From: a virus
Reading direction: 5' to 3' (one strand)
Length of the DNA stretch: 64,000 nucleotides
IMG/VR virus record: IMGVR_UViG_3300044797_000185
Span: 1-64,000 of that record
In this document: in pieces, positions 1 to 7,754 of the stretch
Layout: the number at the start of each line of letters is the position of its first letter
How positions within the stretch are numbered: position 1 is the stretch's first letter
Notes under the pieces: model-generated
What the model saw: the letters and a program-made list of their open reading frames with translations, nothing else
What the model was told of the DNA's origin: nothing
The model's database searches: none
Position numbers and translations under genes: made by a program

Positions 1-1
1 A

Positions 2-1015
2 GTACTTCGTAAAGCTTGGAGTGATTGTGATATTTACTGGCTTCAAGGGTCAATTCAATACGAGGGAAAAGATTATCCAAAACGTATTGTAGATTTGATG
101 CCTAAATCGGTTAAAGAAAAACTTTTTACTAATGATTTAAGTCTTCATTATGATAGTGTAGAATGTTATTCTGAAATTGAATGGAATACCCAATATGAGA
201 TGATATGGATGGAAGATATCAATCTTGTGTTATCAGGTGATCAGCAAAAAAAATTGGCTTCTGGACTTTTTGACATTCTTCTAAAAGGTCGTCCAGAAAT
301 GACAGAAAAATATTATTTCGGTCTCGATACAGCATCTGGAACTTTGATGCCTGGGCAGAAAGATTTAGACTGGACTGTGCTTACAATTTTAAGAAAAAAT
401 GGTGATAATACTAAAGATATAGTAGCTAAGTATATGTGGCAAGGTGATGTTGTTTCTCAGATGCAGGAAATACGAGATTTAGTGCATCCAATTGATGGTG
501 TGTTCCAATGTCACATGGGCCTCGCTGATTACTCCAACATTGCTATAGGTATTGTAGAGATGTTTAAAAAAGAGGGCATTCCCATAGCAGGAGTGACTTT
601 TGGTGCTACAGAACCTATCACAAAAAAGAATTATAAGAATGCTATGGTAGATCAATTTGTGTTTGAACTTGATAGTGGACGAGTTCAATATCCCAACATT
701 GAAACAATTAAAAAAAATAAAGTTTTTAAAGATGGCTATGAGCAATGGGGTCTTCTTGAAAGGCATCGTAAACTAGGTATCAATGATAAGATTTTCGTTG
801 ATCCTTCCGCAGGACATGATGACCATGTTTCTGCTGATATTCTCGCTGTTTGGTGTGCTGACCAAGAGAAGGCTTATGCAGGTAAGGTTGTGCGAACGAT
901 GAAGGGTATTCCTACTCCAATTGCTGGCCCAGCCAACCTTTCAGGGCATGGCTCACCAATGCCAGGGCAAGATGGTAATCCGAATGCTGGAAGATTCCTC
1001 AAAGATAGGGGTTGA
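2..1015 (+). CDS. terL: Terminase large subunit, C-terminal nuclease part (5'-truncated by the window)
   Basis: Frame is open from base 2 (VLRKAWSDCD...). Has RNase H-like motif YYFGLDTASG and C-terminal HDDHVSAD. Lies just upstream of the portal. Confidence 0.8.
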   Translation, partial: VLRKAWSDCDIYWLQGSIQYEGKDYPKRIVDLMPKSVKEKLFTNDLSLHYDSVECYSEIEWNTQYEMIWMEDINLVLSGDQQKKLASGLFDILLKGRPEMTEKYYFGLDTASGTLMPGQKDLDWTVLTILRKNGDNTKDIVAKYMWQGDVVSQMQEIRDLVHPIDGVFQCHMGLADYSNIAIGIVEMFKKEGIPIAGVTFGATEPITKKNYKNAMVDQFVFELDSGRVQYPNIETIKKNKVFKDGYEQWGLLERHRKLGINDKIFVDPSAGHDDHVSADILAVWCADQEKAYAGKVVRTMKGIPTPIAGPANLSGHGSPMPGQDGNPNAGRFLKDRG

Positions 1016-1019
1016 CATA

Positions 1020-1169
1020 ATGATTTCTGATAAAGATCTTAAACAGGAACTTAAAACCACAAAAGCTTTATTAAAATATTTAAATAAAGCACATAAAGAT
1101 GGGGATTTTCCCGAATTACAAGGTTATTTAGATGGACTTACTTTTGCTCTTAATGGCAAGTTAGATTAA
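1020..1169 (+). CDS. Small hypothetical protein
   Basis: ATG at 1020 (MISDKDLKQELK...) directly after the terL stop. The longer 921 start overlaps terL and is unlikely. Confidence 0.55.
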   Translation: MISDKDLKQELKTTKALLKYLNKAHKDGDFPELQGYLDGLTFALNGKLD

Positions 1170-1170
1170 T

Positions 1171-1395
1171 ATGATTGTAAAGTTAGATGATAAGTGTGAG
1201 ATCTGTGATCATGATTGGCGTTGGCATTATCCTAATTACCCAGTAGTAAGGCATTTGGTTGGCGGTTGGGAGTATGCTCCACTTTATTGTTATTGCCAAT
1301 TTAAAATACCTGAAACTAACCTAGAATATTTAGAATACATGGCCGCTGTCAATGGTATGAAGGGCTTAAAGAATGAACCCAAATTTCCCATGTAA
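1171..1395 (+). CDS. Small Cys/His protein, NLxYLE family, copy 1
   Basis: CEICDHDWRWH...CYC...TNLEYLEYM. Confidence 0.7.
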   Translation: MIVKLDDKCEICDHDWRWHYPNYPVVRHLVGGWEYAPLYCYCQFKIPETNLEYLEYMAAVNGMKGLKNEPKFPM

Positions 1396-1567
1396 GGACT
1401 GTACCCATGTATTTGAAGAACATGTTGAATGTTATATACCTTGTTCTTGTGGTGGTGATTGTGGTGGTAACGATAGTTGGTGTCAGGGCAGCGACAATTG
1501 TAATTGTTATGAATTTGTTCCAGACAATTTAGGTTATTTAGAAAAACTTTCAAAAAAGAAAAAATAG
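1373..1567 (+). CDS. Small Cys/His protein, NLxYLE family, copy 2
   Basis: FPCKDCTHVFEEH...CNCYEFVPDNLGYLEK. Confidence 0.7.
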   Translation: MNPNFPCKDCTHVFEEHVECYIPCSCGGDCGGNDSWCQGSDNCNCYEFVPDNLGYLEKLSKKKK

Positions 1568-1650
1568 TATGGGTAGAATTGGCAATAATGGTGTACACTT
1601 ATAATGGAAGAATCTTGCCAAACTCCAAATAGTTAACAACAATTAATATT

Positions 1651-1881
1651 ATGAAATCAACTAAAACTCTTACCGAAGCACATAATTATCTTGTTTATAT
1701 AGCCGATGCCCTGTACTCGGTATCGCAGCAATTTAGTGTTGACCGATCAGATAGAGTTATGCTAGAAAAATTTTCACAAGATCTCTTTGCTTATTCGAAA
1801 AGTCTTGAAATATTAAAAAATAATATTTTTAATAAAGAACAGATGAAGAAAAAAGAATTAGAAGAAATTCAGGAGAAATAA
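1651..1881 (+). CDS. Hypothetical protein
   Basis: 76-aa ORF ending 3 nt before the portal start. Confidence 0.6.
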   Translation: MKSTKTLTEAHNYLVYIADALYSVSQQFSVDRSDRVMLEKFSQDLFAYSKSLEILKNNIFNKEQMKKKELEEIQEK

Positions 1882-1884
1882 TTT

Positions 1885-3603
1885 ATGGCAAGAAAAGCAA
1901 AGTCAAGTAGCAATAAAAAAGGAACAGTTTCCAAGAAAGGAACTGGTCATACCTTACAAGATGGAAGTACCCCTTTTACTCTTGGAGTAGAGAAGACTGG
2001 TTCTTTGAATAAAACTGCAACTGGTGAATACCAAGTTACACAAACGCAATCATTTTTCTATTCACCTGAACTTACAAGTGATTCATGGGTTTTGCCTAAG
2101 TCCCGCCAAGAAATTCTAAAGTGGATTCGTATTTTCTTTAATCTTGAACCCTATATCCAACAGATTACGATGATGCACTCATTGTATCCCTTTTCTAAAT
2201 TTGATTTAGTTGTAGCTGATCCTACCATTAAAAAGTTCTATGAAGAAATGTCTTCAAATGGGAACTTTAATTTATTTGAATTCGTTTGTCAAGCCTCACT
2301 ATCTCGTGAGAAATTTGGAGAGGCTATTCCTTTCGGAAATATGATGCAGGATGAAGAACCTTCTAAAGATGGTAAGAAATATTTTCGATGGCATAATTTT
2401 ATTCTTCTGGAACCTGAGCTTGTGGAAATCAAGACAGATATGCTTAGTGGTAAGAAAACCTTTGAGATGGTTCCTACAGAAGAAATCAAAGCTCTTGTAT
2501 CTTCAACACGTCCAGAAGATCAGGAACGTGTGGATCAGCTTAAGAAGACTTCTCCAGAACTAGTTAATGCTGTTTTAGAACATAGAAACATTAAGCTTGA
2601 CGATAACTGTGTTTCTCAAATTGCCCGTATTACAGATCCCTCAGCTACTCGTGGTACATCAAGAATTCAATCATGTTTTAAGGCTCTTATTTTGCAGGAT
2701 TGGATTCGTCTTGCTCAATCTGCCTATGCAAAGAATTATGTGTTCCCAAAAGAATTATGGACAATCGGAGATTTGGCTTCTAATACAATGCCTTCAACTG
2801 ATGATTTGAATAACTGGAAACAATTGATTAATCAATCTATTCAAAGTCCTCCCTTTACAATTATTGCTCCTCCTATTGTTCACTATGAACCATTGAGCGT
2901 TATGGGTAAGCAATTCCCTCTCAATGCAGAGTATGATTACATTCAAGATCAGCTGCTTGTAGGTTTGGGTGTAAATAAGAACATTATTTTGGGTGAAGGT
3001 CCAAACTTTGGTAATAGTAAAACCATGGCTCTTCAGGCTTTGGTCATGCAATATAAAGCTGTACGTGATAAGTTTGAAGATTGGATGATCAATCATTTCT
3101 TTAGACCTATTGCTGAAAAGAATGAATTTTATACTATTGATCCTACAACAGGTAAAAAAGAACTTATTTTGCCACAAATTTCTTGGTATAAATCCTTGGA
3201 TATTGATGCTCAGGAACGTGAACAAGAACAATTTCTGAAATTTCATGAGATGGGTCTTATTTCTACTAAGACATTATTTAGCAAATACCCCAATCTTGAG
3301 TATGAAACCGAACGTAAACAACTTGAAGAAGAACGTGGAACAATCTTTGATAAGGGTTCAAAAGATAATCGATTGCCAGCCAAGATTTCTAGACCTAGTA
3401 GTGGAAGCGGTGGTGGAGCAGGTGGACTGGATCTTGGTGATGAAGGTGGTGGAGGGGGTCCAGAACCCATGGAACCTGTAGAACCCATAGAACCAGGACA
3501 AGAAGGAGCTGAAGGACTTCCTGAAGGTCAGGAGGGCACTCCTAATGTTGGCGGGGAAGGCAATGTTGGAGGAGCTGCTGATCTTGGTGCACCTGAGATA
3601 TAA
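1885..3603 (+). CDS. Portal protein
   Basis: 572 aa, located between terminase and protease/capsid genes. Mostly helical core with an acidic Gly/Pro-rich C-terminal tail. Call rests on synteny and size. Confidence 0.75.
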   Translation: MARKAKSSSNKKGTVSKKGTGHTLQDGSTPFTLGVEKTGSLNKTATGEYQVTQTQSFFYSPELTSDSWVLPKSRQEILKWIRIFFNLEPYIQQITMMHSLYPFSKFDLVVADPTIKKFYEEMSSNGNFNLFEFVCQASLSREKFGEAIPFGNMMQDEEPSKDGKKYFRWHNFILLEPELVEIKTDMLSGKKTFEMVPTEEIKALVSSTRPEDQERVDQLKKTSPELVNAVLEHRNIKLDDNCVSQIARITDPSATRGTSRIQSCFKALILQDWIRLAQSAYAKNYVFPKELWTIGDLASNTMPSTDDLNNWKQLINQSIQSPPFTIIAPPIVHYEPLSVMGKQFPLNAEYDYIQDQLLVGLGVNKNIILGEGPNFGNSKTMALQALVMQYKAVRDKFEDWMINHFFRPIAEKNEFYTIDPTTGKKELILPQISWYKSLDIDAQEREQEQFLKFHEMGLISTKTLFSKYPNLEYETERKQLEEERGTIFDKGSKDNRLPAKISRPSSGSGGGAGGLDLGDEGGGGGPEPMEPVEPIEPGQEGAEGLPEGQEGTPNVGGEGNVGGAADLGAPEI

Positions 3604-3604
3604 G

Positions 3605-3949
3605 ATGAATAATATAACAACAACTAACTCTAGTTATACATATACACCAACAGTTTATACAAGTACACTTGTACCTAATGGAACTTGGATTATTGATCCT
3701 GGTCATACCCACAATAATATAACCTGGAATGGTACAGGTACTTACACATCCACTACTATCACACCTCCTGTTGATCTAAAATTAAAAACATGTCGAATGT
3801 GTAATCATGCTCATATTGAAGCACAGAAAGGATGTATAGAACTTGTTGGTTATTCAGTACAGTTTATAATATGTCTTTGTGAAGAATATGTTCCTAAAGA
3901 TAATTTGGAATATCTAGAATGGTGTTACAACAAAAAGCAGCAACAATAA
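3605..3949 (+). CDS. NLxYLE family, copy 3, with Thr-rich N-terminal extension
   Basis: ATG at 3605. CRMCNHAH...CLCEEYVPKDNLEYLEWCY. Confidence 0.7.
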   Translation: MNNITTTNSSYTYTPTVYTSTLVPNGTWIIDPGHTHNNITWNGTGTYTSTTITPPVDLKLKTCRMCNHAHIEAQKGCIELVGYSVQFIICLCEEYVPKDNLEYLEWCYNKKQQQ

Positions 3950-3962
3950 AAGGGGCTCCTCT

Positions 3963-4613
3963 ATGAAACAATTCCTAGTCTTACTTCTCGCAGTCGTATT
4001 AATTTTGCCAGCTTGTGCATCTTCTTCCGAGTATCACGGAAGCGAAAAAGCTTTAAAAAACACTGTAAAGATTGTGATTAAGTTGGAAAATGAGAAGGGA
4101 AGACGTGGAGAAGCCCTTTGTTCTGGAGTTATTATCGGTCCTCATGAGATTTTAACTGCTGGGCATTGTGTAGCTGCTGGTAAATATAAGATTACTAATA
4201 TTTGGGTTCGAGATAATGATGGAATAAGTCAACCAGCCTTTGTTTTAAAAACTGAACCTGGAATTGATTTGGCACTTTTGGGCGTTATTGTTCCAGAATT
4301 GCATCACGCCACTATCTCTAATCATTTGCGCGTTGGAGATGCTGTAGAGGCTGTTGGGATGCCTTTAGGCTTGTTATGGACATGTACATTTGGGCATGTG
4401 AGTTTCCTAGGTAGAGATTTCATTGGTGATAATGGTTCCTATATTCAATTTGATGCTCCTGTAAATGGTGGTAATAGCGGTGGTGGTTTATGGGATAGTC
4501 GTGGAAGGCTTGTTGGTATTGTTACAGCTCATGTAACTCCTTGTTGGTTTGGAAGTTGGAGCGGGCTAAGTATGGCAGTTGATATGAAAACCATTCACGA
4601 GTTTTTAAAATAA
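3963..4613 (+). CDS. Trypsin-like (S1, HtrA-type) serine protease with signal/lipoprotein peptide
   Basis: Catalytic motifs ILTAGHCV, DLALL and GGNSGGGL. N-terminus MKQFLVLLLAVVLILPAC. Confidence 0.9.
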   Translation: MKQFLVLLLAVVLILPACASSSEYHGSEKALKNTVKIVIKLENEKGRRGEALCSGVIIGPHEILTAGHCVAAGKYKITNIWVRDNDGISQPAFVLKTEPGIDLALLGVIVPELHHATISNHLRVGDAVEAVGMPLGLLWTCTFGHVSFLGRDFIGDNGSYIQFDAPVNGGNSGGGLWDSRGRLVGIVTAHVTPCWFGSWSGLSMAVDMKTIHEFLK

Positions 4614-4628
4614 CAGAGGAGATAGGAA

Positions 4629-4982
4629 ATGGGACTTTACCCAATAGATTGTGTTTCTTGTAAAAAACCTTTTATGTGGTTCAGTGGTTGTTTAGATCAG
4701 CGTTGTGGAGATTGCCAAGTTAAAGAAGTTAACAAAGGAGAAGGTAAGAAAATGAAAAAAAGTGAGATGGAGACAAAGATAAAAGAATTGGAATTAAAGA
4801 TCGCAGCATTAGAAGCTCGTCCCCAAGTATTTTGCGCTGGTCATTCTTGCCATTGTAATATAACACATCCTACTTGGATTAACCCTTACAATCCTTGGGG
4901 TAGCGGGACTATTTGTAGTGTTGAAACTGGTGGGATACAATCAGTTCCTACTACTGTGACATTTGGTAAAATTAATTCCTAA
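4629..4982 (+). CDS. Hypothetical Cys-rich protein
   Basis: CxxC pairs (CVSC, CGDC) and a short coiled coil; GAGG upstream of the start. Confidence 0.6.
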   Translation: MGLYPIDCVSCKKPFMWFSGCLDQRCGDCQVKEVNKGEGKKMKKSEMETKIKELELKIAALEARPQVFCAGHSCHCNITHPTWINPYNPWGSGTICSVETGGIQSVPTTVTFGKINS

Positions 4983-4994
4983 AAGGCTAAAATT

Positions 4995-5231
4995 ATGGCT
5001 TTAAATAAACGTGGAAGTCCTACAAAGCTGAAAGTCGTTAAACAATCGGGTTTTGTAATCAATGTTAACTACTTGTCAGAGATGCTTCTTAAGCAATGGC
5101 CAGATAAAAAGATTTCAGTTGATCAATTGCATTCTGCCCTTAAAAGTATTGGAATTGATAACTATAGTTCAGAGGATATGTCTGAGCTTATGAATCGTCT
5201 TCAAGCAGTAGGATTTTCCATCTCAAAATAG
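4995..5231 (+). CDS. Hypothetical protein
   Basis: 78-aa ORF with AAGG upstream. Confidence 0.6.
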   Translation: MALNKRGSPTKLKVVKQSGFVINVNYLSEMLLKQWPDKKISVDQLHSALKSIGIDNYSSEDMSELMNRLQAVGFSISK

Positions 5232-5233
5232 TT

Positions 5234-5297
5234 AGTAAATAAGAATAAAGTAACATAAAAAGTATAATAAAATCACGTAGTATTAGAGATACTGCTT
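5234..5297 (+). repeat. 64-bp intergenic direct repeat, copy 1
   Basis: AGTAAATAAGAATAAAGTAAC(A/C)TAAAAAGTATAATAAAATCACGTAGTATTAGAGATACTGCTT; 63/64 identical to 36794-36857. Confidence 0.95.
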
Positions 5298-5352
5298 GTT
5301 AAGAGTAAAACTCACAAATTTTTAATTAAAAGGCTAGATCAGGAGCATTTAA

Positions 5353-5598
5353 ATGGAAGATAATAGATCAGATAAGAAAGAATTAAATTATGTAACAGAA
5401 GAGAATGAACTGAATGTTCCAATTCTTGTTGAAGCTCTTTTCGTTAAATTCATGGGTAAAGTTTTGGATTATTCCCGCATGAGTGGCATGTCAGATCGTA
5501 ATATGACACAATTTTGTCGTTCAGTTAAAGATGATTGTTATCAGCAAATTAAATTTGCAAAAACAATTTTGAAGGATTATGGCATAGAAGAAAAATAA
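5353..5598 (+). CDS. Hypothetical protein
   Basis: 81-aa ORF with AGGAG upstream. Confidence 0.65.
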   Translation: MEDNRSDKKELNYVTEENELNVPILVEALFVKFMGKVLDYSRMSGMSDRNMTQFCRSVKDDCYQQIKFAKTILKDYGIEEK

Positions 5599-5807
5599 TG
5601 TCTCTTCGAAAGATAAAGAATTTTAAAAGTTTTGAGAAATGTAGGACTTGTAGTCATAGCTACATATCTCATACTGATTATACGAATCAACCATATAGAT
5701 GTCAAAACATGGTATCTAAAGTTTGTAAATGCGAAGAATTTTTATCTAAAGATAATTTAGAATTTCTTGAGCAAATGTATGATAAATGCACCAATAAATC
5801 AGTGTAG
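5598..5807 (+). CDS. NLxYLE family, copy 4
   Basis: CRTCSHSYISH...CKCEEFLSKDNLEFLEQMY. Confidence 0.7.
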   Translation: MSLRKIKNFKSFEKCRTCSHSYISHTDYTNQPYRCQNMVSKVCKCEEFLSKDNLEFLEQMYDKCTNKSV

Positions 5808-5979
5808 ATTTTGTGGGCATCATCGCATAGCTCATTTGCATTGGTTATTAGAACCTTCTGAAGGACGATGGTTAGAAGGTAAATGTAATCAGGGAAATGA
5901 TACTTGCCCTTGTGAAGATTACGGGGATGTTGACAATCTTAAATTTTTAGAAGAAAAATATGAATCAAATTCCTTGTAA
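5779..5979 (+). CDS. NLxYLE family, copy 5
   Basis: CRFCGHHRIAH...CPCEDYGDVDNLKFLEEKY. Confidence 0.7.
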   Translation: MINAPINQCRFCGHHRIAHLHWLLEPSEGRWLEGKCNQGNDTCPCEDYGDVDNLKFLEEKYESNSL

Positions 5980-6151
5980 TTGTGGTCATTCAAGAGAAGA
6001 TCATAAAGACTTAGGAAGTCATAAGCAATCTTTTCCTACTTGGTGTATTTACTCTGAGACAGGAAATTGCGCCTGTGATTATTTTACAGTTATGACCAAC
6101 ATAGAATATTTGGACTGGAAATATGCAACGAGATATCCCAATAAGAAATAA
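5960..6151 (+). CDS. NLxYLE family, copy 6
   Basis: MNQIPCNCGHSREDH...CACDYFTVMTNIEYLDWKY. Confidence 0.7.
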   Translation: MNQIPCNCGHSREDHKDLGSHKQSFPTWCIYSETGNCACDYFTVMTNIEYLDWKYATRYPNKK

Positions 6152-6404
6152 CAGTGCCTTTAAAATTCTATCAAATGAAAAATGCAGAAATTGTGGTTTT
6201 ATAATAGATTCTCATGAGATGATTTGGCGTGATGGTAGTAGTTTCCCAATGGCAAAAGCAACTCAATTTGAATCTGAACTAAATATAAATTTATTTTGTA
6301 AAGAGTTTATTCCGAACGATAATTTGCAGTATCTTGAGTGGAAATATGGACAATTGGCTATCAAATCTAGCGATAAAAGCCTTAAGGATATGCCGCTTAA
6401 ATAA
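6123..6404 (+). CDS. NLxYLE family, copy 7
   Basis: CRNCGFIIDSH...FCKEFIPNDNLQYLEWKY. Confidence 0.65.
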   Translation: MQRDIPIRNNSAFKILSNEKCRNCGFIIDSHEMIWRDGSSFPMAKATQFESELNINLFCKEFIPNDNLQYLEWKYGQLAIKSSDKSLKDMPLK

Positions 6405-7044
6405 AGAGGCAGCAGGAAATCATCGTCAAGATATGACGGGACCTGTGCTAGAGCAGTTAAAACAAGATGGCTATACACAAGTAACTTGGAATTCAAATGG
6501 TTCTCGTCATGCTCCCTGTCGTGATCTTAATAGACAAGTGTGGGATTTGGAAGATTTTTTAAATACAACAGAGTATGATGCCCCCCTATTTTCAAGAAGT
6601 CATCCTGGGGATGAAAGTTGTACTCTAACGGTTAGTGGTTCTGGAATGCTTCCTGTTGAAGTTGATAGTTATGGGGAAACCGATGAAGGTATTGGAGTGG
6701 GCCGTCCCGTTCGAGAAGAACCTAAACCAAAAGTAAAACCTTTAGCTCCAAAAGTTCAACCTCAAGTGGTTGAAAAACCAATTCCTCCTAAGCAAAAGAA
6801 GATTGTTTATATTCCTGAAGAGGTTCATAAACAGATTAAAGATCCCTTTGAAAAGCAGCAACTTAGTGATGAGGAAAAAGAAGATTGGCTTAAAGATTTA
6901 GATAAAGAAAACGTTGAAGAAGAATTACCTCCATTGCCACCTAAGAAAGAATTAACTGAAGAAGAGTGGGATGAGATTCGTGATTTTAACGTTGAAACTT
7001 CTAAGAAAATTCCACATTGGATAACCGGATTATTTAAAAAGTAA
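6346..7044 (+). CDS. Putative head morphogenesis (Mu gpF / SPP1 gp7-like) protein with Pro/Glu/Lys-rich tail
   Basis: VTWNSNGSRHAPCRDLN...PLFSRSHPGDESC resembles the C...HP.C motif of gpF-like proteins. Lies between portal and protease. Confidence 0.5.
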   Translation: MDNWLSNLAIKALRICRLNKEAAGNHRQDMTGPVLEQLKQDGYTQVTWNSNGSRHAPCRDLNRQVWDLEDFLNTTEYDAPLFSRSHPGDESCTLTVSGSGMLPVEVDSYGETDEGIGVGRPVREEPKPKVKPLAPKVQPQVVEKPIPPKQKKIVYIPEEVHKQIKDPFEKQQLSDEEKEDWLKDLDKENVEEELPPLPPKKELTEEEWDEIRDFNVETSKKIPHWITGLFKK

Positions 7045-7052
7045 GGAAAGAG

Positions 7053-7754
7053 ATGAAAGATAACACTAGTACAAAAATGGGAATTTATAAGTGGATTAAT
7101 TTATCCAACAATAAAATTTATATTGGGTCTGCCCTTAATTTTAAAAGTCGTAAAAGTGCTCATTTACGAGAACTTCGAAGAAAGGTACATCATTCTGAGC
7201 ATTTGCAATCAGCCTTTAATATGTATGGAGAGAATCAATTCGTTTTTATAGTTTTAGAAGAAATTACGGATAGAAATTTATTGAAAGAAAGAGAACAGTA
7301 TTATTTAGATTTATATAAAAGCTATGACCCCAGTGTCGGCTATAATATGGCTCATTATGCAGATAGACCTGGGATTGGTTTAGTTCCTTGGAATAAAGAT
7401 TCATGGAAAAAGAGAGTATCTGAAGAACAAATTATTTCTGATTATCTTAGTGGATTATCTACAGCTGATTTGTCTTCAAAGTACCACATAAATTTGGTAA
7501 TTATTGGCAAAGTACTTAATGCTGCTGGTGTTATGAGATCTATAAGTGAAGCAGGTCGTATTTACAGAGAAAAAAATCCTACAGTTAAGACCTATGATAA
7601 AAAGAAGGCAGATAAAGAATATTATGATGTGCATAGGGATATAATTGTACAAAGAGCTATAGATTGGAATAAGGCACATAAAGATATTGTCAGAGCACGG
7701 GCTAAAAAACAATATGAACATACTAAAAAATTAATTGGGACTAAAAATGATTAA
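7053..7754 (+). CDS. GIY-YIG homing endonuclease
   Basis: GIYKWINLSNNKIYIGSA...R...L...HHSEHLQSAFNMYG...REQYYLD. Its 3' end overlaps the protease start. Confidence 0.9.
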   Translation: MKDNTSTKMGIYKWINLSNNKIYIGSALNFKSRKSAHLRELRRKVHHSEHLQSAFNMYGENQFVFIVLEEITDRNLLKEREQYYLDLYKSYDPSVGYNMAHYADRPGIGLVPWNKDSWKKRVSEEQIISDYLSGLSTADLSSKYHINLVIIGKVLNAAGVMRSISEAGRIYREKNPTVKTYDKKKADKEYYDVHRDIIVQRAIDWNKAHKDIVRARAKKQYEHTKKLIGTKND

